This document shows positions 1 through 7,523 of a stretch of DNA of 32,000 bases, piece by piece (positions within the stretch are counted from its first letter, which is position 1; each line of letters starts with the position of its first letter). Origin of the DNA: Deltaproteobacteria bacterium. Lineage in GTDB: Bacteria > Desulfobacterota > Binatia > Binatales > Binataceae. The position numbers and the translations under genes are program-made. The stretch spans positions 52,018-84,017 of the forward strand of contig JAFAHS010000399.1 in the NCBI GenBank assembly GCA_019237115.1. The letters run 5' to 3'. The notes under the pieces were generated by a model, which searched no databases, was not told the origin of the DNA, and saw only the letters and a list, made by a program, of their open reading frames with translations.

Positions 1-48
1 CTATCACCCCCGCGCGACCCGCGCGGCCGCCATGGACGCCGACTGAAA

Positions 49-696
49 TTGGAAAAGTTTGCCGACTTCATTCCCGCCCTGCTGATTGCCGCGTTGCCGA
101 TCCTGTTCGCGATCATCGCGCACGAGGTGATGCACGGGGTCATCGCGCTGCGGCTGGGCGACGACACCGCGCTTCGCGCCGGACGCCTGACCCTGAACCC
201 GGTTTCCCATATCGATCCATTCGGGACGATCTTCCTGCCGGTCATCCTTATGTTTCTGCATCTTCCCGTGTTTGGCTATGCGAAACCGGTCCCGGTGAAT
301 TTCTCGCGGCTTAGAACCGGACGAACCGGAATGATGGAGGTCGCCGCGGCCGGACCGCTGACCAATTTCGCGCTGGCAATTGCCAGTGCGTTCGCGCTGC
401 GCGGCCTCCTGCGGTTTGCCGGGGGCCCGTGGCAGGCGCCAATCGTCGTGCCGCTCGCCTACATGCTGAAGTATTCGGTCCTCGTCAACATCGCTCTGGG
501 GGTATTCAACCTGTTTCCGCTGCTTCCGCTCGACGGCGGACGGGTGCTCACCGGCCTGCTTCCCCTGCCGGCCGCCCGTGCCTTCGCGCGCACCGAACCC
601 TATGGATTTCTGATCCTCCTGGTGCTGCTATATACGGACTCGGTGGAAGCCGTGATCAACCCGATTATCAATACCCTGACCCGGATGCTGCTGTGA
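49..696 (+). CDS. Site-2 protease family (peptidase M50) membrane metalloprotease
   Basis: Intact ORF; 'IIAHEVMHGV' (HExxH-type zinc motif) near the N-terminus, downstream 'NLFPLLPLDGGRVL' (NPDG-like LDG motif), several hydrophobic segments. Confidence 0.9.
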   Translation: MEKFADFIPALLIAALPILFAIIAHEVMHGVIALRLGDDTALRAGRLTLNPVSHIDPFGTIFLPVILMFLHLPVFGYAKPVPVNFSRLRTGRTGMMEVAAAGPLTNFALAIASAFALRGLLRFAGGPWQAPIVVPLAYMLKYSVLVNIALGVFNLFPLLPLDGGRVLTGLLPLPAARAFARTEPYGFLILLVLLYTDSVEAVINPIINTLTRMLL

Positions 697-1466
697 GCGC
701 GGAGTCCGAAACGCCACTGCGGCCCGAACTTGAGGCAATCCCGCGCTTCAAGCTGCCGGTTTACGAAGGCCCGCTCGACCTTCTCCTGCACCTGCTGAAG
801 CGGGCCGAACTCGATCCCCACGACGTAACCGCGAGCATCATCACCGAACAATACCTCGCCTATCTGGAACTGCTCGAGCAATTGAACCTCGATGTCGCCG
901 GCGAATACCTGGTGATGGCCGCAACGCTGCTACTGATCAAGTCGTTCTCGCTGCTGCCCCATCCGGAACTGGCGGATACCGAGGACTCCGAGGAACTCAA
1001 GCGGGACCTGGTCGAACGCCTTCTGGAATATCAGCGCTATCGGGAAGCCGCCGAGAAACTGGCCGGCCGCGCGATCCTGGGCCGTGATGTTTTTGCGGCG
1101 CCGGGCGAGCCGGCACCCCAAGCCGATGGCAACCAGCCGCGCCTCACGGTGGCACTGTTCGACCTGGTCGAAGCGATGGGCGCGGTTCTGAAACGCCTCG
1201 CCGACCAGACTCCGCGTGGCATCGTGTTGCGGGACATCCCGATTGCGGAATGCATCCCAACCATCCTGACCCGATTGGAACAACACGCGCGACTAGAATT
1301 TACCGCTTTGTTCGAGGACTTGCGCGACCGCCCGCGCATCATCGCCACCTTCATGGCGTTGCTCGAACTGATGCGCCGCGGTGAAGTTGGTGCGTGGCAG
1401 GAGGTTCGCTTCGGCCCGATCATGCTCGAACGCCGCACGGTTCAACAAGTCGGGCAAGCCAAATGA
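693..1466 (+). CDS. scpA: Segregation and condensation protein A
   Basis: Protein 'FKLPVYEGPLDLLLHLLKRAELDPHDVTASIITEQYLAYLE...' is typical ScpA. A GTG at 693 overlaps the upstream stop (GTGA), so this is preferred over the 429 start in the track. scpB follows. Confidence 0.93.
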   Translation: MSAESETPLRPELEAIPRFKLPVYEGPLDLLLHLLKRAELDPHDVTASIITEQYLAYLELLEQLNLDVAGEYLVMAATLLLIKSFSLLPHPELADTEDSEELKRDLVERLLEYQRYREAAEKLAGRAILGRDVFAAPGEPAPQADGNQPRLTVALFDLVEAMGAVLKRLADQTPRGIVLRDIPIAECIPTILTRLEQHARLEFTALFEDLRDRPRIIATFMALLELMRRGEVGAWQEVRFGPIMLERRTVQQVGQAK

Positions 1467-1605
1467 CCCGCTCCTCACGAAACGAGTCGGGTTCGCGGTG
1501 CGGCTTCCTGCCTCCTACTGCCACGCGGGTGTCCGGGAGGGGGATTTTGGGCGTACAGAGCTCGGTGCACGATTAGAGAAAACAGCGGGTTTTGACGGAA
1601 AACCG

Positions 1606-2283
1606 GTGGAAGCGGAACATCTCAAATCGATTCTCGAAAGTCTTCTATTCGCTGCCGGCGAGCCGGTGTCGATGGTGCGCCTGCAGGCTGCGCTCGATGG
1701 TCCCCCCCGTGCCGAAATCCAGCAGGCGCTCGCCGCTATGACCGCGGAGTACGCCGCGAACAATCGCGGCCTCAGGCTCGAGGAAGTCGCGGGCGGCTAC
1801 CAACTGCGCACCCTGAAGGAACACGCCCCCTACGTCCGCAAGCTGCTCGCCGCGCGGCCGCCGCGGCTTAGCCGACCTCTGCTGGAGACCGTCGCGATCA
1901 TCGCCTACCGACAACCCGTCACGCGCCCCGAACTGGAGCAGCTGCGCGGGGTCGATTCCGGAGGGGTACTGGAAACTCTGCTGGAACGCCGCCTGATCAA
2001 GATCGCCGGTCGCAAGGAAGCGCCGGGAAGACCCATCATCTACGCAACCACGCCGGAATTTCTGGAGACCTTCGGACTTAAAGACCTCGACGGTCTCCCG
2101 GACCTGAAGGAATTCCAGGAAATCGGGCGCGCCGTCGAACAGGCTGAAACTGGTCCGGTAGAAAGCGTCGAGACCCATCCGCCGGACGCCGAGCAGCCGG
2201 CGGAATTTGCGAGTCCTCCCGGCGACCTCGATCTGAAGGCCAGCGAAGCAGTTCCCGTTCAAAAGCCCGACCCGGGGAAATAG
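1606..2283 (+). CDS. scpB: Segregation and condensation protein B (SMC-Scp complex)
   Basis: 'LKSILESLLFAAGEPVSMVRLQAAL...LLETVAIIAYRQPVTRPELEQLRGVDSGGVLETLLERRLIKIAGRKEAPGRPIIYATTPEFLETFGLKDLDGLP' is characteristic ScpB. The track start at 1381 overlaps scpA. In-frame GTG at 1606 is the likely start, but the exact start is uncertain. Confidence 0.88.
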   Translation: MEAEHLKSILESLLFAAGEPVSMVRLQAALDGPPRAEIQQALAAMTAEYAANNRGLRLEEVAGGYQLRTLKEHAPYVRKLLAARPPRLSRPLLETVAIIAYRQPVTRPELEQLRGVDSGGVLETLLERRLIKIAGRKEAPGRPIIYATTPEFLETFGLKDLDGLPDLKEFQEIGRAVEQAETGPVESVETHPPDAEQPAEFASPPGDLDLKASEAVPVQKPDPGK

Positions 2284-2427
2284 TCCGCACCATCATATGG
2301 CGCACGATGGCGTAGTGCGGCGCATCGTCTCATGCGCATGCGATAGGCGACAAGATTTCGGACAGCTTAGGGGGACGGTGCGTTCCAGGCCTGCCTGGCG
2401 AGAAACCGGCTCTGGGACCATGCGCTG

Positions 2428-3807
2428 CTATCCGCCGGTATCCTCGAACGCTCCGACGTCGGGCGTGTAGTTCTCAAATCTCGTGTACTGGCTTAGGTAG
2501 GTCAGCTTGGCAGTGTCGGTTGGACCGTTACGCTGCTTGGCCACGATGACTTCGGCAACCCCCGGTTCTTTGGTGTCACGGTGGTACATCTCGTCGCGAT
2601 AGATAAAGCCGATTACGTCGGCGTCCTGTTCGATGGCGCCCGATTCGCGCAGGTCGGCGAGCAGTGGTCGACGGTCGGGGCGCGTTTCGACCTGGCGGTT
2701 CAGCTGCGAAAGGGCGAGCACCGGCACCGCCAACTCTTTTGCGAGCGCCTTGAAGGAACGCGAGATTTCCGAAATTTCCTTCTCGCGCGATTCGCCCGGC
2801 CGTGACGCGCGCATCAGCTGCAGATAGTCCACCACGATCAGTCCCAGATTGGATGAACGGTCACGCTTGAGCCGCCGGCACTTGGCCTTCAGCTGAATCG
2901 GGGTGATGTCGGTCGAATCATCGATGAGGATGTTGGCCTGGCTTAGGCGGTCCGCGGCGGTGATCAGCTTGGGAAAGTCGTCGTGCTTTAAGTAGCCGGT
3001 CCGGACCTTGGCGCTGTCCACCCGCGCGTCGGCGCACAGCATGCGCAAGGAAAGCTGCTCCTTGGACATTTCCAGCGAAAAGTAGGCGACTCCGACCGGC
3101 GGGTCTGCGTACATGGCCGCGTGCGCGGCGATGTTCAACGCCATCGCCGTTTTTCCCATCGACGGTCGTGCGGCGAGAATTATCAGGTCCGAGGGTTGCA
3201 GCCCCGCGGTTATCCGATCCAGGTCGATGAAGCCGGTCGGCACCCCGGTTACCAGTTCCTTGCGCTCGTACAACCGCTCGATCAGGGCGATCGACATCGG
3301 GGTAATTTCTTTCATCGAGTGGAACGAGGGCCGGATTCGCCGTTCCGCAATCTCAAAAACGCGATGCTCGGCCTCGTCCAGGTATTCGTCGACGTTGGGC
3401 GGGCCCTCGTAGGCACCGGTGGCTATTTCGGTGGAAACCGAGGCCAGGCTGCGCAGGATGGCCTTCTCGCGCACCAGTCGCGCGTAGTAGGCGATGTTGG
3501 AGGCGGTCGGAACAATCGAGGCGAGCTCGGCGATGTAGGTAGGACCGCCGATCGATTCCAGCTTGCCGTTTTTCGTAAGCCAGTCTTTCAGCGTGATCGC
3601 GTCGACCGGCGATGGCACATCGGTGAGCTCGATCATCGCGCGATAAATTTCGCGGTGCGAGTCGCGGTAGAAATCTTCGGGAACCAGAATCTCGAGCGCG
3701 TGATTGATCGCTTCGTTGTCGAGCAGAATCGCTCCCAGCACGCACTGCTCCGCTTCGAGATTTTGAGGGGGAACGCGCCTTAAGATGTCGTCCGCAACAG
3801 CCGCCAC
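2428..3807 (-). CDS. dnaB: Replicative DNA helicase DnaB
   Basis: 'NLEAEQCVLGAILLDNEAI', Walker A 'AARPSMGKTAMALNIA', 'GLIVVDYLQLM', 'LSQLNRQVETRPDRRPLLADLRESGAIEQDAD', C-terminal 'VAKQRNGPTDTAKLTYLSQYTRFEN'. No intein seen. Confidence 0.97.
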   Translation of the reverse strand: MAAVADDILRRVPPQNLEAEQCVLGAILLDNEAINHALEILVPEDFYRDSHREIYRAMIELTDVPSPVDAITLKDWLTKNGKLESIGGPTYIAELASIVPTASNIAYYARLVREKAILRSLASVSTEIATGAYEGPPNVDEYLDEAEHRVFEIAERRIRPSFHSMKEITPMSIALIERLYERKELVTGVPTGFIDLDRITAGLQPSDLIILAARPSMGKTAMALNIAAHAAMYADPPVGVAYFSLEMSKEQLSLRMLCADARVDSAKVRTGYLKHDDFPKLITAADRLSQANILIDDSTDITPIQLKAKCRRLKRDRSSNLGLIVVDYLQLMRASRPGESREKEISEISRSFKALAKELAVPVLALSQLNRQVETRPDRRPLLADLRESGAIEQDADVIGFIYRDEMYHRDTKEPGVAEVIVAKQRNGPTDTAKLTYLSQYTRFENYTPDVGAFEDTGG

Positions 3808-3938
3808 CGTACCACCACCTTCCGGACCCGCACACCGATTTCAGAAGGTCGGGATTATTCGCAAACCACGAGCCGGCTTCAAGAGTCTCTTACCAATTGA
3901 CATCTTATCCCAACCGCTTTTAACAGGATATCCACAGG

Positions 3939-4655
3939 TCATCGAACCCGCCGAGGAGGCGGTTCTCTCCGCGCCAGCAGCGGTCCCAGCGCGACGCCAA
4001 ACAGGAATCCACCAATATGCGCCCACCACGCCACCCCTCCCGCAGGAGCCCCCTGTGACCCACCCATCAGGCCCGCATAGAGCTGCACCCCGAACCAAAG
4101 CAGCAGGTAGAGGACGGCGGGAACCTCGATAACCTGAATAAAAATGAACACGGGCAGAATGGTCGTGATACGGCCGCGCGGATAGAAGATGAAATAGGCC
4201 CCCAGTACCCCCGCGATGGCGCCCGACGCGCCGATAACCGGGATCTCCGAGTGGGGCGCTATCGAAATGGTTGCCACCCCGGCCGCGATTCCGGCCGCCA
4301 GGTAGAAGCCCAGAAATCGCAGGCTTCCCAGGCGCCATTCGACGCCGGCCCCAAAAATGAACAGGTAGAGCATGTTGCCGGCGACGTGCAGAACTCCGCC
4401 GTGCACAAACATCGAGGTGACCAGGGTCAGAATGGGTCGCAGCCCCGCGCCCGGCCCGTCCGGGCCCACTCCCGGCTGGAATACTTCGAGCGACGCGCCG
4501 ACCTGTGCGGGAATCATCGCATACCGCCGCACAAGAGCTTCGACTTGGGGGCCGAGCAAGACTTCGTGAACAAACACCGCCAGGTTCGCGAGAATCAGTA
4601 GCGTGTTAATCGGCGTGAAGCGGCGTTTGGTCGAGCTGTCACGCAGAGGAATCAT
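3939..4655 (-). CDS. Rhomboid family intramembrane serine protease
   Basis: 'MFVHGGVLHVAGNMLYLFIFG', 'GASGAIAGVLGAYF', 'WWAHIGGFLFG' motifs; six or more hydrophobic segments. Confidence 0.93.
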   Translation of the reverse strand: MIPLRDSSTKRRFTPINTLLILANLAVFVHEVLLGPQVEALVRRYAMIPAQVGASLEVFQPGVGPDGPGAGLRPILTLVTSMFVHGGVLHVAGNMLYLFIFGAGVEWRLGSLRFLGFYLAAGIAAGVATISIAPHSEIPVIGASGAIAGVLGAYFIFYPRGRITTILPVFIFIQVIEVPAVLYLLLWFGVQLYAGLMGGSQGAPAGGVAWWAHIGGFLFGVALGPLLARREPPPRRVR

Positions 4656-4850
4656 CCGCCAACACCCATCGCAGCACCGCGCCGTATGCTACCGGTTACC
4701 GATAGCCGTGCGCGAGACGCCCGCTTGAGGATCGGCAATTTGTATGCGAGATAGGAAACGGTCTCACTTCGTGGGACCTTAGCTGCGCAGTCGGCTCATT
4801 GGCGGCCGTCAATCGTGCGCGGTACGGGCAATCATCCAGGAGGTATTGCG

Positions 4851-5570
4851 ATGGAAATCGTCTCGCAGGAAGTCAGTGTCGGGAGCGAGAAAATGCCTTG
4901 CCATCTGGCACGCCCCGCGGCGGGCGGTCCCTACCCGGGTCTGGTCGTCGTGATGGAGGCATTTGGGCTCAACGATCACATCAGGAGCATCACCGGGCGC
5001 TTTGCGGCTGAAGGCTTCGTGGCAATTGCCCCGAATCTCTACTTCCGCCAACCCAACAACGTGGTCGCCTATAATGATCTGCCGGGCGCCTTTCGCCTGA
5101 TGGGATCGCTCAACGACGACCAGGTCGTCGCGGACATGACCGGAGCGATCAACTACCTCAAGGCCATCAAGGAGGTGAAGCCAGCGTTCGGCACCGTGGG
5201 ATTCTGCATGGGAGGACGGATCAGTTTCCTTACCGCCTGCCGCAATGCCGACGTCAAGGCGAGCGCCCCGTTCTACGGCGGTGGGATGGTGACCTCGCGG
5301 CAGCCCAGCGAGAAACCCCCCATCGCGTATGTGGAAGGTCTCAAGGCTCCGGTGCTCGCGTTCTTCGGCGGCAAGGATGCTTTCATACCATTGACCGAGG
5401 TCGACAAGTTCCGCGACGCGTTGAAGAATTCGGGGAAGACTGCGGACGTGGTCCTGTATGCCGACGCCGACCACGGGTTCATGTGCGACGATCGTCCGTC
5501 GCACCACCCGCAGCACGCCAAGGAAGCCTTTGCCAAAACCATCGCGTTCTTCAAGCAGAACCTGGGCTGA
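4851..5570 (+). CDS. Dienelactone hydrolase family protein
   Basis: 'GLVVVMEAFGLNDHIRSITGRFAAEGFVAIAPNLYFR', 'FGTVGFCMGGRISFLTACR' (Cys nucleophile), 'FFGGKDAFIPL', 'YADADHGF'. The ATG at 4851 is preferred over the track start at 4815. Confidence 0.93.
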   Translation: MEIVSQEVSVGSEKMPCHLARPAAGGPYPGLVVVMEAFGLNDHIRSITGRFAAEGFVAIAPNLYFRQPNNVVAYNDLPGAFRLMGSLNDDQVVADMTGAINYLKAIKEVKPAFGTVGFCMGGRISFLTACRNADVKASAPFYGGGMVTSRQPSEKPPIAYVEGLKAPVLAFFGGKDAFIPLTEVDKFRDALKNSGKTADVVLYADADHGFMCDDRPSHHPQHAKEAFAKTIAFFKQNLG

Positions 5571-5585
5571 GCGGGTCGTTGGCGC

Positions 5586-6050
5586 ATGACCGATACCACG
5601 CGGGCCGGCGCTCTGGGCCGGCCCGTTTTCTATCTGATGCTGGCCGGCACGCTCGCGCTTGTCACCGCCTGCTATTCGGCCGGTTATCGAAAGGAAATGG
5701 CAGCCACCGTCGACCTGCTGGGCGGGCTCACCGAGAAACTGGCTGATTACTGCGGTGCGGGTTTCAAGCTCGACGACCGTCAGATTTCCTCGGAGGAGAT
5801 GGGCGAGTTCTACTATGCGCTCGGCAAGGCTACGGCCTTCAGGGCGATTTGGCGCAGCCAGGCCCAAAGACCTTCCTATAAAGATTTCAGCGCCCTGCTC
5901 GAGCAGTATGTCGCTTTCGTCCATTCCGCGGACGAATACCGGCTGGGTGGTCGGGTCGACCCCGAAAAGCTCGCCGCCTTGATCGCACAACGCGATGCGG
6001 TCAGGAAGACCGCATCGCGAGTCCGCGCGGACCTGGCTTCCGAGGAATAG
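5586..6050 (+). CDS. Hypothetical small lipoprotein-like protein
   Basis: ORF in the gap between neighbours; N-terminal hydrophobic stretch ending in a lipobox-like 'LALVTAC'; no family recognised. Confidence 0.6.
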   Translation: MTDTTRAGALGRPVFYLMLAGTLALVTACYSAGYRKEMAATVDLLGGLTEKLADYCGAGFKLDDRQISSEEMGEFYYALGKATAFRAIWRSQAQRPSYKDFSALLEQYVAFVHSADEYRLGGRVDPEKLAALIAQRDAVRKTASRVRADLASEE

Positions 6051-6051
6051 C

Positions 6052-6732
6052 TTAACCCTTCCAGCGATTGCCGTAACGGTCGAGGCAGACCACCTCGCCG
6101 ACCGGACGGCGGCGAATCGGCCCGAACTTGTCGCGCGGATATCCGATGGGCAGCAGCGCGTAGGTCTGGACCTCCGCGGGCAACCCAAGAATCGCCTTGA
6201 CCTCGTCTTCGAAGAACATGTGGATGGTGGTCAGCACCGTGCCGAGTCCGAAGGCTCGGCAGGCCAGGATGATATTCTGCACCGCCGGATAAATGCTCGA
6301 TCCCCCCATCCGCGCCAGGTTGCGCATTGCCGCCGCCACCTCCGGCGGCAACTTCGCCGGCTGCGCGCCGACCTGTCCCGGCTGCAGGCAGGCCACCAGC
6401 AGCACCGGGGCCTCGGCCATGTGATCGATCAAATAGGTGGCCGACGCCATCAGCTTGTCGTACTGCTTCTGATCCATGTGCTCGGGCTTGACCCGGTTTG
6501 CGTACAAGGCCATCAAGATTCCGCCGCCCTTGCGATAGACCTCGCCGAGCTTGCGGCGTTGCTCGGGGTCCTTGACCACCACGAACAGCCAGGTTTGTTC
6601 GTTGCTACCCGACGGCGCTCGAATTCCGGCCTCGAGAATCTTGCTTATCACATCGTCCGGTACGGGATCCGGTTTGAACCTGCGTAGCGCTCGTGCGGTG
6701 TTGATCGCTTCAAAAAGTCCGAACTCTGCCAT
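6052..6732 (-). CDS. Nitroreductase family protein
   Basis: 'FEAINTARALRRFKPDPVPDDVISKILEAGIRAPSGSNEQTWLFVVVKDPEQR...GLGTVLTTIHMFFEDEVKAILGLPAEVQTYALLPIGYP' is a typical FMN nitroreductase. Confidence 0.93.
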   Translation of the reverse strand: MAEFGLFEAINTARALRRFKPDPVPDDVISKILEAGIRAPSGSNEQTWLFVVVKDPEQRRKLGEVYRKGGGILMALYANRVKPEHMDQKQYDKLMASATYLIDHMAEAPVLLVACLQPGQVGAQPAKLPPEVAAAMRNLARMGGSSIYPAVQNIILACRAFGLGTVLTTIHMFFEDEVKAILGLPAEVQTYALLPIGYPRDKFGPIRRRPVGEVVCLDRYGNRWKG

Positions 6733-6785
6733 GGGAACACTCCAATCTTGGTTTCGCGCGGCATGAGTATCGGCGATTGCACCCG

Positions 6786-6820
6786 GAAAAAAAAGAGCGG
6801 CCGCAGCAACCTGCGACCGC
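6786..6820 (-). terminator. Rho-independent terminator downstream of the VOC-family gene
   Basis: On the minus strand: GCGGTCGCAG-GTTG-CTGCGGCCGC (10-bp stem with one G-U pair, 4-nt loop), then TC and eight T residues (plus-strand A-tract 6787-6794). Confidence 0.88.
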
Positions 6821-6847
6821 CCTGTCGAGCCTTGCTGAGAACCGCGG

Positions 6848-7417
6848 CTACACGGGTGTCCGCTCCGCGGCCTTGGGCGGCTGGGGACCCATCAACATCT
6901 GGTAAACCTTCTTGGCGTCCTGCGGATCGCTGACCATCGGCCCCGGTTGGTCATGATGCTTCATGATCTTGTCGTCGGCGGTAAACTCGCGCATGGTCGC
7001 GCAATACTCCAGCAGCAGCCCGTTGGGATCGCGGAAGTAGATCGAGCGGCACCATTCGTGGTCGACCACCGGCGTCACATCGACCCCGCGCTCCACGAGC
7101 ATCGCGCGCTTGTCCTCCAACGCCTTCATGTCATCGCACCAGAAGGCAAAGTGATAGAAGGCGCCCGGCAGGCCCTGCGCGCTGTTGATATCGGTCGCCC
7201 ACTCCGCGGGAACTCCCGGAACCTTCTCCGGGCACATGAAAGCGACCAGCGAACCGTCGCCAGTGTTGAGGAAGACGTGTTTGATCTTGCCTTCCTTGCC
7301 GGTCTCGATAATGTCCGCCCAGGCGACTTCCCACCCAAGCTTCTTGATGTAGAACTCGATGGTGCGTTCGATGTCGAGCGTGGCCAATCCCAGATGATGC
7401 ACTCCGGTTCGCTTCAT
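6848..7417 (-). CDS. VOC family protein (glyoxalase/bleomycin resistance/dioxygenase superfamily)
   Basis: 'MKRTGVHHLGLATLDIERTIEFYIKKLGWEV...GLPGAFYHFAFWCDDMKALEDKRAMLVERGVDVTPVVDHEWCRSIYFRDPNGLLLEYC' matches the betaalphabetabetabeta metal-binding pattern (H...E). Confidence 0.92.
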   Translation of the reverse strand: MKRTGVHHLGLATLDIERTIEFYIKKLGWEVAWADIIETGKEGKIKHVFLNTGDGSLVAFMCPEKVPGVPAEWATDINSAQGLPGAFYHFAFWCDDMKALEDKRAMLVERGVDVTPVVDHEWCRSIYFRDPNGLLLEYCATMREFTADDKIMKHHDQPGPMVSDPQDAKKVYQMLMGPQPPKAAERTPV

Positions 7418-7523
7418 CGCGGAACCCTCCTGAACGGCAGTTCAGACCGTATGCTCACCATTTAAGTACCGCTCGCGGGGTTTGTCAAAACATCTGACCG
7501 ATCGCTCGAGCACACCCGCCCTG

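Noticed and set aside
1381-1605. N-terminal extension of scpB in the ORF track
   Set aside because: It overlaps the scpA 3' end, lacks ScpB similarity and is Ser/Arg-rich. The conserved region begins after about 1606.
2294-2345. GCGCA/ATGCG-rich segment between convergent scpB and dnaB, including the inverted repeat GCGCAT-CGTCTC-ATGCGC (2320-2337)
   Set aside because: Only a 6-bp stem and no T-tract on either strand. Possibly a weak hairpin, but not enough to call a terminator or repeat element.
4809-6188. 459-aa minus-strand ORF over the dienelactone hydrolase and lipoprotein genes
   Set aside because: Antisense to a convincingly motif-bearing gene; no domain signature and low-complexity composition.
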